Source: a virus
Strand: one strand, 5' to 3'
Virus record (IMG/VR): IMGVR_UViG_3300017991_000064
Coordinates: 32,001 to 96,000 of that record
Length of the DNA stretch: 64,000 nucleotides
Shown here: positions 1-8,159 of the stretch, in pieces
Numbering within the stretch: the first letter of the stretch is position 1
How the letters are laid out: every line of letters begins with the position of its first letter
Program-made: the position numbers and the translations under genes
Notes under the pieces: model-generated
What the model was told of the DNA's origin: nothing
What the model saw: only the letters and a program-made list of their open reading frames with translations
Databases searched by the model: none

Positions 1-2
1 CC

Positions 3-107
3 GTGGGTTACTTCCATCACATGATCATATCTTTCCATATCTACAAAACGGACGTGGAAAGATTCCAAGAAGCATACTACACACTCATTGGTCAACAACA
101 GAGCTGA
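3..107 (+). CDS. 3' fragment of a thymidylate-synthase-family protein (possible dNMP hydroxymethylase)
   Basis: Not in the ORF track. Frame 3 reads VGYFHHMIISFHIYKTDVERFQEAYYTLIGQQQS*, matching the TS-family C-terminal G-x-[YF]-x-H-x3-S-x-H-I-Y motif. Confidence 0.7.
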   Translation: MGYFHHMIISFHIYKTDVERFQEAYYTLIGQQQS

Positions 108-113
108 TACAAT
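105..113 (+). promoter_or_regulatory. Possible extended -10 promoter (TGaTACAAT)
   Basis: TGn-TACAAT about 45 nt upstream of the ATG at 157, which has a GGAGG RBS. No clear -35. Confidence 0.3.
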
Positions 114-156
114 ATGAGTAAAACTAAAGACAACACAAGGGGAGGCAAATAATAAG

Positions 157-531
157 ATGGGAAAGAGCAAAAAGATCAATACCAGATCCACTCCCAGTAC
201 TTATGTAGTAAGTGCTAAGCTCATGCCAATTGATGGCCAGTATGCTAAAACTAAGCTAACAGGCATGGAGTTTATGGATCGAATCAAAGAGTTACTCGAC
301 AATGATATAGAGGTCGAGTTCTTTATAGGACATGAGAACACACTTCAGTTCCTATCAGAACAGTTAGGAATAGATGATGAGGTCATACAAAAGAAAGGCC
401 GAAAGGTACGACTAAGGAGTGGAGATACAATGTTTGTCATCACTCTGAATAAGCACCACGAGTCTAAGGATGATCCCATTGAGAAGTATGATTACTCAGT
501 GATCACATTCACAGCACCAAAGAACAAATAA
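157..531 (+). CDS. DUF1874 / AcrIII-1-like viral ring nuclease
   Basis: Family-like size and the motif FFIGHENTLQFLSEQLG...R-x2-RLRSGD-x3-V, which resembles the STIV B116 / SIRV1 gp29 GH signature. Confidence 0.65.
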   Translation: MGKSKKINTRSTPSTYVVSAKLMPIDGQYAKTKLTGMEFMDRIKELLDNDIEVEFFIGHENTLQFLSEQLGIDDEVIQKKGRKVRLRSGDTMFVITLNKHHESKDDPIEKYDYSVITFTAPKNK

Positions 532-622
532 CCCAAGCATTCGGCATCCTGGGGGATGATTCAACTTGGCTCTAGCGGGATCATCTCTCATGGGTGTTGT
601 TTGCCTAATAAGGAGGTGTATT

Positions 623-1321
623 ATTGATTACAGAGATATGACCAAGGTGGTTGATAAGGAACTTAGAGATGGACTCAAACTAACCTTTGACTTTCTTTTT
701 CAACGATCGGTAGCAATGCTAGAGGACTACAAACAAATTGAGAAGTGGCCAAGGACCTTGGAGAAGATGTCAATATCATCCAACCATAAACAAAAGATTG
801 TGAAAGAATGCATCTATCGAGTCTTCGAAGAATTATGTGAAGCTACCGCAGAAGAAGAAAACAGTGGTAAATTTACTGAAGAGCTAGCTGATGCCTCATT
901 GTTCTTCATGGAGATGTTAGTTATTCTTGGTTTTAATACCACTGAGAGTCTGGTAGAGTTAGTCGCTAAGCGATCTGAATTTTACCTGCATGAATCTGAT
1001 CCTGACGATGAAGAGATAACTCCAGAGAATTTTGTAGAGTCTATGCGTTACTACTATCATATGGCAGTAGACCCAACCTGTGAGTTTTCTTCTAGTGCTT
1101 TTGAAATGCTAAGTCTCCTCGGTAGGTTTGGAAATGCATTGAAGAACAGACCCTGGAGACAAACAAAAGTACTAACGGATGAAAGCAAAGCATTGACTCT
1201 ATTAGCAGATTCTATTCTAACCTTCTTTGGTTTCATAAGGTTGTTCGGGGGAGTAGATATTCTGAAGTTCATCTACATGAAACAGAAGGTTAACGAGTTC
1301 AGAATCAGATCAAACTATTAA
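623..1321 (+). CDS. All-alpha (MazG / dimeric dUTPase-like) dNTP pyrophosphatase
   Basis: Acidic motifs EELCEA and EELADA, LKNRPWRQT, and C-terminal K-x-x-VNEFRIRSNY. Start is uncertain: ATT at 623 after AGGAGG, or ATG at 638. The track start at 566 is unlikely. Confidence 0.7.
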   Translation: MDYRDMTKVVDKELRDGLKLTFDFLFQRSVAMLEDYKQIEKWPRTLEKMSISSNHKQKIVKECIYRVFEELCEATAEEENSGKFTEELADASLFFMEMLVILGFNTTESLVELVAKRSEFYLHESDPDDEEITPENFVESMRYYYHMAVDPTCEFSSSAFEMLSLLGRFGNALKNRPWRQTKVLTDESKALTLLADSILTFFGFIRLFGGVDILKFIYMKQKVNEFRIRSNY

Positions 1322-1331
1322 ATTAAACTGT

Positions 1332-1419
1332 GCAGAGATGGTGGAACTGGAATACGCAGCAGACTTAGGATCTGCCTCCCACATTGGGAATGGGGGTTCG
1401 ACTCCCCCTCTCTGCACCA
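1332..1419 (+). tRNA. tRNA-Leu(TAG)
   Basis: GCAGAGA/TCTCTGC acceptor stem, GCAGA-CTTAGGA-TCTGC anticodon arm, long variable arm, GGTTCGACT T-loop and encoded CCA. Confidence 0.93.
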
Positions 1420-1442
1420 TTTATTAGAAGGAGATTAAAGTT

Positions 1443-2150
1443 ATGTTTCTTATTTGGAGCGGACCAAGTGGATCAGGAAAAACACACAAGATCCAACAGA
1501 TTGAGGGGTGCAGAGTTGAAAAGTTTGATACCAGAGGTTGCTTAAAAACTAGATTCAACATCATATCTCTTTCTCAGTATCAGAAGATGATCATTTCAGA
1601 TACAGAAAATTTTCTGAAGATCCAGGAAGAAATCATGGAAGAAAGGTATCGAATTTTCAAACGATACATGGGGGAAACATACGAACATGAGCGAAACCGT
1701 GTTGTATTCGATCGTGGCCTGTTTGATAATCTGGTATACCTCCACGACTACAACATTCGTATCCAATCCAAGCTCAGTCTGATTGAACATACCAACAGTA
1801 GACTTCAAATCCTTCACATAATGAACAATCTACTTGCTAGAGCTTATAACCTCATCATCAAGCTTAATTCAGTATCTTATCACTTCATTTGCAAACCACA
1901 TCCTGACAATTTCAAAGACGGAGATTCCTTCAGAGATATTTCTTTTGAGGACTCTCTAAGACTCTTTAATCTGTACATCTATATGGCAGACACACATGGT
2001 ATTTCATATCAGATTCTGGAACGTGGTAATGAGGACCTTGAGATCCTACCTGAACCAACTAATGAGTTCATGAAGATTCATGATGCACTACGTGACGAGA
2101 TAGATATGAGAAAAGATATAGAAAGAAAAAGAAGGTTTAACATCGAATAA
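1443..2150 (+). CDS. P-loop nucleotide kinase (AAA_28 / dNMP kinase-like)
   Basis: Walker A GPSGSGKT, kinase motif VFDRGLFD-x2-VY, and lid DGDSFR. Confidence 0.7.
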   Translation: MFLIWSGPSGSGKTHKIQQIEGCRVEKFDTRGCLKTRFNIISLSQYQKMIISDTENFLKIQEEIMEERYRIFKRYMGETYEHERNRVVFDRGLFDNLVYLHDYNIRIQSKLSLIEHTNSRLQILHIMNNLLARAYNLIIKLNSVSYHFICKPHPDNFKDGDSFRDISFEDSLRLFNLYIYMADTHGISYQILERGNEDLEILPEPTNEFMKIHDALRDEIDMRKDIERKRRFNIE

Positions 2151-2152
2151 AC

Positions 2153-4933
2153 ATGATTAAATACAAATTCAAAAAATCCATCTGCAAGCAGTGCTTAATG
2201 TATCCTGCTAACTTCAATCCTATTCGTGGTATAGGAAATCCTAAAGCAGACATCATGTTCATTGCTGAAACTCCCTCGAACGATGCGAAAGCTGTGAATG
2301 AAATCTTTTCGGGTCGTTCTTCACAATTCTTATTTGAGATCCTCTCAGAACTCTTCTCTATCCCTGTGGAGGATATCAAATCAAAACATTCTCCCTTCTA
2401 CTTCACAAACATCGTCAAATGTTATATTCCCAACAAATATGATGTTGAGGACAAAAAACTAAAAGACATTGCTGTCTCTTGTAGCGATTACGCTAAACAA
2501 GAGATAGAAGAAGTTGATCCTAAGATAGTTGTTCTACTAGGAAGAGCTGCTCTTAATGGTATCCTAGGTGGGGCTACAAAGGTAGAATCAAAAAGGGGTA
2601 GGATTCATACACAAGAGATCAACGAGAAAGAGTATAAGTTTGTACCTGTTTTTCACCAAAGCTACGTATTCAGAAACCCAAATGTACTTCAGATGTTTAT
2701 CAAAGATCTCGAGTTAATGAAGAGGTATGTAGATGGTGATCTGGAAAAAGAGGAATTAGATTACACCATGGTAGATAATAAGAAATCGTTTAACAAGATG
2801 ATAACCTTTCTTGAAAGAAAACAACCAGATCAATCATCCTGGGATGTAGAAACTAGTTCATTTGATTTTGCATCTGGGAAAGCTGTAATGCTCTTGGGTA
2901 TGTCATTCTACAATAGCGAACTGGATGAAGAGTATAATTTCATGCTTGACATAAAACGTTTTAAGTTTCGAAAAGGGTTAACAGCAGATAGAATCATACC
3001 AGTACTGTTAGATAGCATGGGTGGATACTGTAAGTATCTAATAGGTCAAAATTTTAAGTATGATATGAAACACCTCTTCAATTATGGTTTCCCCAAACGT
3101 GGACTCAAAAGCAAAATTTTAGATACTATGATAATGTCATATGTCCTGAATGAAGAAAGATTCGGAAGGTATGGTAAGCATTCATTAGAGAACCTATTGG
3201 GTTTCTACTTTCCAGAGGCGTTAGAATACAAGGTTTCCAAAGGTGAGGAAGCTAAAGAAGATCGAAAGAAACGAAATAAAGAACTCAGCAAGGAAGAGAA
3301 GAAACAAAAACAAAAGGAATCTAAGGTTGATGTGGATAAGGGAAACCCCTTTGATGACCCTGATTACTGTATGAACGATGCTATCTACACTGGACGGATA
3401 GCTAGGATCTTCCTTAAGGAGTTCGAAGAAAAGAAGAACAAGAAGCTACGAAGATTATACTTCAAACTATACGAACCGGCGTTGAAATTAATGACTCGGG
3501 TAGAGTATCGTGGAGCGAAGATAAATGTAAACTATCTCTTAGAATTAGATGAAAAGATGAGTGCAGAAAGAGATGACTACGAAAAGAAACTCCGAGGTTA
3601 CCTTTATCGTATTTTTGATGATAAGAAGTATGCTAAAGGAATTAACTTCAATTCGTCTCCACAGAAAAAGGTCCTCTGCTTTGAGAAGCTGAAGCTACCA
3701 ATAGTTCATTATACGAAGAGTAAGAAAAAAGGTGGAGGAAAGAAAAAGAAAAGTCCTAGTACAGGAAAGGATGCATTTGAAAAATGGGGTATCCTTCTGA
3801 ACAAGGGAGAGCTATTTCAGTGTTGTGATAGAAAGTATACGAAGGACCAAAGGAAGTATACAGCAAAGTTCATCAAGCTCTATAACAAATATAGTAGAGT
3901 TAAACATCTCCACAAGAACTTCGTCATTGGCATTCAGGTTCTTCTCGACAAGAATAATAGAATACATGGAACCTTCAAGCTCGTTGGAACAGTAACTGGG
4001 AGATTGAGTTCTGCTAGGCCAAATCTACAGAATATTCCCAGGACCACAACCAATAGCGAAATAAAGAAGTTATTCATTCCCAGTCATAAAAAATGGTACA
4101 TTGTTGAGGTGGACTACTCTCAAGCTGAATTAAGGGTCCTTGCCCACTTCTCTCAATCCAAAACTTTGATCGAAGCTTTCACACAGGGATTCGACATCCA
4201 TCTATTCGTAGCTTCAGAGATGTATGGTGTTCCATTTAAGGAAGCTGAAAAGATCTACTATAATAAAGACCTGGAAGGAACTGATTTACATATCAAATGG
4301 AAGAAGTGGAGAAAGAGAGCTAAAACGATAGTTTTCGGTATTGTCTATGGAGTTGGTCCAGATACACTAGCTGAGAACCTATCTGATCCTGATGTTGGAG
4401 AAATTGTTTCCAGAGAGGAAGCTATTGAGTTCATTGAGATGTTCTACAGAAAATTCCCTGAGATCAGAGATTACATTGAGCGTTGTATTAAATTTGTACG
4501 ACGACATAAGTACATCGATAATGTTCTTGGGAGACGAAGACACCTACCAAACATTAATAGTGAAGCTAAGAACCTAGCTGCCGAATCTGAAAGAAAAGCT
4601 GTTAATTCTCCGATACAGGCTACCGCCAGTGACTTTGCTTTGTTCTCAGCGGTCCTGATCGATAAGTATATTCATCGGTATAAACTAAGAGCCCATGAGT
4701 TTACTACCGTCCATGACTCTATCCTGTATGATGTACACCTTGATGACATCCTTAAGCTACATAAGATTGTAGATCATGTAATGCCTAATCCGCCACTTAA
4801 GAAATACTTTAAGTCAGAATTTACAGTTCCGCTAGACTATGGTATTGAGGTGGGCCCAGTCTGGGGAGAGATGTACGGTGATCTGAAGAAGTTTGTAGCT
4901 AAGGAAAAACAGAAATATAAAGAGATAGCATAG
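2153..4933 (+). CDS. polA: Family A DNA polymerase with N-terminal family-4 uracil-DNA glycosylase domain and 3'-5' exonuclease
   Basis: UDG: CKQC, GNPKADIMFIAETP, YFTNIVKC, FHQSY. Exo: DVET, NFKYD, YCMND. Pol: TGRLSS, DYSQAELR, RKRAKTIVFGIVYG, VHDS. Confidence 0.95.
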   Translation: MIKYKFKKSICKQCLMYPANFNPIRGIGNPKADIMFIAETPSNDAKAVNEIFSGRSSQFLFEILSELFSIPVEDIKSKHSPFYFTNIVKCYIPNKYDVEDKKLKDIAVSCSDYAKQEIEEVDPKIVVLLGRAALNGILGGATKVESKRGRIHTQEINEKEYKFVPVFHQSYVFRNPNVLQMFIKDLELMKRYVDGDLEKEELDYTMVDNKKSFNKMITFLERKQPDQSSWDVETSSFDFASGKAVMLLGMSFYNSELDEEYNFMLDIKRFKFRKGLTADRIIPVLLDSMGGYCKYLIGQNFKYDMKHLFNYGFPKRGLKSKILDTMIMSYVLNEERFGRYGKHSLENLLGFYFPEALEYKVSKGEEAKEDRKKRNKELSKEEKKQKQKESKVDVDKGNPFDDPDYCMNDAIYTGRIARIFLKEFEEKKNKKLRRLYFKLYEPALKLMTRVEYRGAKINVNYLLELDEKMSAERDDYEKKLRGYLYRIFDDKKYAKGINFNSSPQKKVLCFEKLKLPIVHYTKSKKKGGGKKKKSPSTGKDAFEKWGILLNKGELFQCCDRKYTKDQRKYTAKFIKLYNKYSRVKHLHKNFVIGIQVLLDKNNRIHGTFKLVGTVTGRLSSARPNLQNIPRTTTNSEIKKLFIPSHKKWYIVEVDYSQAELRVLAHFSQSKTLIEAFTQGFDIHLFVASEMYGVPFKEAEKIYYNKDLEGTDLHIKWKKWRKRAKTIVFGIVYGVGPDTLAENLSDPDVGEIVSREEAIEFIEMFYRKFPEIRDYIERCIKFVRRHKYIDNVLGRRRHLPNINSEAKNLAAESERKAVNSPIQATASDFALFSAVLIDKYIHRYKLRAHEFTTVHDSILYDVHLDDILKLHKIVDHVMPNPPLKKYFKSEFTVPLDYGIEVGPVWGEMYGDLKKFVAKEKQKYKEIA

Positions 4934-4942
4934 GAGGAACTC

Positions 4943-5704
4943 ATGCCTAAAACTAAAACTAAGGAAAAGAAAAAATCTACGAAGCGGAAGAAGAAGAAGG
5001 ATGAGGTAACTGAAGAACCAAAGAAGACTAAGAAGAAACGAGTTAGAAAGAAACCTACGAAGAAAGAAAAAGCCAAGAGGGCCAGAAGGTATAGAGAGCG
5101 GCGGCATACTCAGAAGGTTCAGGAAGAGATGACTCGTGAGTTAGAAAAGGGATCCATTGAATTAGAAGGAAAAATGGAATTCATTGAGAAAACCTTTGGA
5201 GTCAAAGATATAAAATTGGTGGCGTATCAATTCTATCAAACATTCTGCACATTAGCAGATGAAGAGGAACCTGAGGAAATATCTGAGATGGATGATGTAG
5301 CCACCAAGGGGAAGAAGAAAACAGTACAACTCTTCTCCCTCATCATGGCTCAGTTATTCAAATCTAAAACTACCGAGTTACTCCAGAGGGTAGAAAAAAC
5401 CATTAACCTTCAGGTTATTGATAACCTTGATGACCTTACTAAACTTCGCTATCATCGTAGCCTAACCAAAACCCGTTTGAAAGAAATCGAGCTTATTCTA
5501 GAGACTCTTATCAAAGTCATGAATCTACTGGATAGACGTACCCAAATGAAACAGGGGCAACTCCCTGGGGATCCCAGATTGTTAGGATACGATGGTAATC
5601 CAACCATAGTACCATTCAGGAAATCCAAGATAATACAAGCACTTATGGAGCCTGGTGTTAGTGATGCTAAACTAAAGAAAATTGAAAAAATCCTCGAGTG
5701 TTAA
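4943..5704 (+). CDS. Hypothetical protein with Lys-rich N-terminus and helical core
   Basis: AGGAGG RBS and a long ORF. No recognised motif. Confidence 0.6.
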   Translation: MPKTKTKEKKKSTKRKKKKDEVTEEPKKTKKKRVRKKPTKKEKAKRARRYRERRHTQKVQEEMTRELEKGSIELEGKMEFIEKTFGVKDIKLVAYQFYQTFCTLADEEEPEEISEMDDVATKGKKKTVQLFSLIMAQLFKSKTTELLQRVEKTINLQVIDNLDDLTKLRYHRSLTKTRLKEIELILETLIKVMNLLDRRTQMKQGQLPGDPRLLGYDGNPTIVPFRKSKIIQALMEPGVSDAKLKKIEKILEC

Positions 5705-5803
5705 CCGTATGAGCAAGCCTTTTAATTTATGAAACCACCACATAAGAAGGCTATAGAAGGCATATAATAATAAATTGAAAGGAGGCATTAGTTTAATTAA
5801 ATA

Positions 5804-5819
5804 GGTTCATATATGAACC
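5804..5819. promoter_or_regulatory. Perfect 16-bp palindrome GGTTCATATATGAACC (possible operator)
   Basis: Lies in an AT-rich intergenic region that also has TATAAT at 5763, upstream of the HU-like gene. Confidence 0.35.
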
Positions 5820-5849
5820 AAAACAAACTACCTTAACAGGAGGCAAAGA

Positions 5850-6536
5850 ATGGCTAAGAAGAAAGAGAAGAAGGAAACCGCAAAGAAGGCCAAGGGCAAG
5901 AAGGAGAACGCCAAGAAGATCAAAGGAAAGGACAAGAAGAAGAAGGACAAGAAGAAGTTCGAGAAGACCAGACTCAAGGATATCCATATCGAGGGTCTGA
6001 CAAAACGTGAAATCCGCCGTTCCTACAAGATCGTTGAAGCTGTTCTCCTGAAGCACATCCTCGAAGAGACAGAGTGCCCAGCACCCCTCGGCACCATGAA
6101 ACTCAAGGTGGGCAAACATCGCACCACGGGGGAACCGGTTCTCAGGATCAAATACAAATGGACCAAGAGTATCCGGAAGAGGGAATACTCCGAAGAAGAC
6201 CTCGAGAAACTGATCGAACAGCTCGGACTCGGAGAGATCCCAGAAGACATGGAAGAGGGAGATGAACCCAAGAGCAAGAAGAAGTCAAAGAAGAGCAAGA
6301 AATCCAAAAAGAAGGCCAAGGAAGAAGAGGACGAAGACGAAGATGATGATGACCTCGATATAGATGAAGAGGAGGACGAAGAGGAAGAGGAGGAGGAGAA
6401 ACCTAAGAAAAGCAAGAAGAAGAAGTCAAAGAAATCCAAAAAGTCAAAGAAGAAAGCCAAGGAAGAAGAGGACGAAGAGGAAGAAGAAGAGGGAGATGAT
6501 GATGATGACCTCGACCTCGACGACGATGACCTCTAA
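5850..6536 (+). CDS. HU/IHF-like DNA-binding protein with Lys-rich and acidic tails
   Basis: GLTKREI...LGTMKLK...RTTGEP...KYKWTKSIRK aligns by eye with HU (GLTKK...FGTF...PQTGE...KFKPGKALK). It has its own RBS and terminator. Confidence 0.55.
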   Translation: MAKKKEKKETAKKAKGKKENAKKIKGKDKKKKDKKKFEKTRLKDIHIEGLTKREIRRSYKIVEAVLLKHILEETECPAPLGTMKLKVGKHRTTGEPVLRIKYKWTKSIRKREYSEEDLEKLIEQLGLGEIPEDMEEGDEPKSKKKSKKSKKSKKKAKEEEDEDEDDDDLDIDEEEDEEEEEEEKPKKSKKKKSKKSKKSKKKAKEEEDEEEEEEGDDDDDLDLDDDDL

Positions 6537-6564
6537 TCCATAATACTACACCAAGTACGAACAA

Positions 6565-6597
6565 GGAGGGGGCTCATTCAGTAGTCCCCTCTTTTTT
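6565..6597 (+). terminator. Rho-independent terminator
   Basis: GAGGGGGCT/AGTCCCCTC stem followed by T6. Confidence 0.8.
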
Positions 6598-6625
6598 ATG
6601 TAACCTACATTGGAGTTAATTAAAT

Positions 6626-7501
6626 ATGACCACACCCACCGCCTACACTGGAGACCTAGAGAAAGAGCTTCGTCGAAATAAGATCCTTCGCAAGAAGAAC
6701 CAGAATTATTATCTTAACTGCTCATTCTGTAGAGAACGGAATAAGAAACTACGAGTAAAGAAGATGCTACCATCAAACAGGTACATGTTTCATTGCTTCA
6801 AGTGTGATACCTCAGGAATCTTAGACTATCCTACACTCCAGGCACTTATAAGGTGGAATACTAAAACTTGGGATGCAAAGAAAAAGACTACCGACACAAA
6901 AGAAACCAAACCTTTCTACTCTGGGACCACAGAGAAATCATTTTTTCATCCACTGTTGATTGCATACTTAAAGAAAGATCGAAAGTTTACTAATCAAGAG
7001 ATTACCAGAATGGTTAATGCCTTTGGAATCTACTGGTGTGATGATGCAATCTACTTCACAAGCTTCTTCCGTGAGAAACCCATCTTCCTATTCAAAAAGA
7101 TACTGGGAAAGAAGGGATACCTCAATCAAACAGGATCCAAATTCCCCTTTAACTTCAATGCTGTATTCAACAACAGAGTCAACTATGTTATCCTTGTAGA
7201 AGGTGTTTTCGATGCTATTAGACTATGTGTTAATGGTTTCAATGCGATGGCTATGTTAGGAAAGAGTTTAGGAACACGGGGTCTATTAACATTTGAACGA
7301 TACATCTCTGATAAGCGTATCATCATTATGCTAGACGGAGATATCACAGATAATGAGGATAAGAAGTTGAAGGTGAAATTACAAAATCTATTACCCCGTA
7401 ATGAGATAAAACGTATTAGATTACCAGGGGGAGATCCAGATGAGTACTTCCAAGAAGAAAAACGAGTTCAGAAACTTCAAGGTATTATTAACTGTAAGTG
7501 A
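6626..7501 (+). CDS. DNA primase (Zn ribbon + TOPRIM)
   Basis: CSFC...HCFKC zinc ribbon, then ILVEGVFDA, LDGD and GDPDE. Confidence 0.9.
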   Translation: MTTPTAYTGDLEKELRRNKILRKKNQNYYLNCSFCRERNKKLRVKKMLPSNRYMFHCFKCDTSGILDYPTLQALIRWNTKTWDAKKKTTDTKETKPFYSGTTEKSFFHPLLIAYLKKDRKFTNQEITRMVNAFGIYWCDDAIYFTSFFREKPIFLFKKILGKKGYLNQTGSKFPFNFNAVFNNRVNYVILVEGVFDAIRLCVNGFNAMAMLGKSLGTRGLLTFERYISDKRIIIMLDGDITDNEDKKLKVKLQNLLPRNEIKRIRLPGGDPDEYFQEEKRVQKLQGIINCK

Positions 7502-8159
7502 ACTCCGTAGGTTCATTAAGAGACTCACCGGAGAGAGTGAACATACTGACCAAGAGATCTATGAAGCTATCATTACTTTCAAATCCAAAAGCCATAACCT
7601 GAAAGCTGGAAATATCAGTGGACACCTTATAGCTCAATTTTTTATAAAGTTATATGGGCACCTGTACGCTCTAAATAAGAATAGTAGTAGACGCGTAGTT
7701 AAATTTCTAAGGGAGCTCCAGTTGGATTTCCCAGATGTAGAAACCGAAGTTCTTCTAACAGCCTTTATTAAATTCATCAAGAGCAGATATAAAGGAAAAA
7801 CAAAACGACTCCCACAGGTTATCTCAAGTGTAAACAAAACTGCTTTCGTAGAGTACTATAAGTATAGTCGAAAATATTCGAAAGCTATAGACTATCTCCA
7901 GACACAAGATGTTATCGTAGACCATGACTCCCAAGGAGTAGAACTAGTAAAGAAGATTATCCAACTCTCAAAAGAATTTGGAATACCCAAGGCTGATAAA
8001 TTGTTTCTCAATATTGTCTCAGAGTTTATTACAAATGAGTATCAAGGTAAAGCATACTACTTCACAAGATACTGTTCTGTAGCTAACTTTATGCAATATG
8101 TTGAAGAAGAGAATAAGAAACGATACTACAGCATATTAAAACAGGCTCAGGGGGATTAA
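7440..8159 (+). CDS. Hypothetical protein
   Basis: Long ORF whose stop overlaps the helicase start (TAATG). Start is uncertain. Confidence 0.55.
   Translation: MSTSKKKNEFRNFKVLLTVSELRRFIKRLTGESEHTDQEIYEAIITFKSKSHNLKAGNISGHLIAQFFIKLYGHLYALNKNSSRRVVKFLRELQLDFPDVETEVLLTAFIKFIKSRYKGKTKRLPQVISSVNKTAFVEYYKYSRKYSKAIDYLQTQDVIVDHDSQGVELVKKIIQLSKEFGIPKADKLFLNIVSEFITNEYQGKAYYFTRYCSVANFMQYVEEENKKRYYSILKQAQGD

Noticed and set aside
5713-5726. AGCCTTTT motif at about 5715, 9615 and 21850 as a phage promoter
   Set aside because: Only three short AT-rich matches with inconsistent spacing to starts, and one is part of a hairpin; insufficient support.
5793-6460. Antisense ORFs 5793..6119 and 6023..6460, and similar shadow ORFs such as 4832..5107, 59333..59599 and 62193..62738
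   Set aside because: They are reverse-strand by-products of Lys/Glu-rich low-complexity genes (poly-Phe/Ser/Leu) and lack an RBS.
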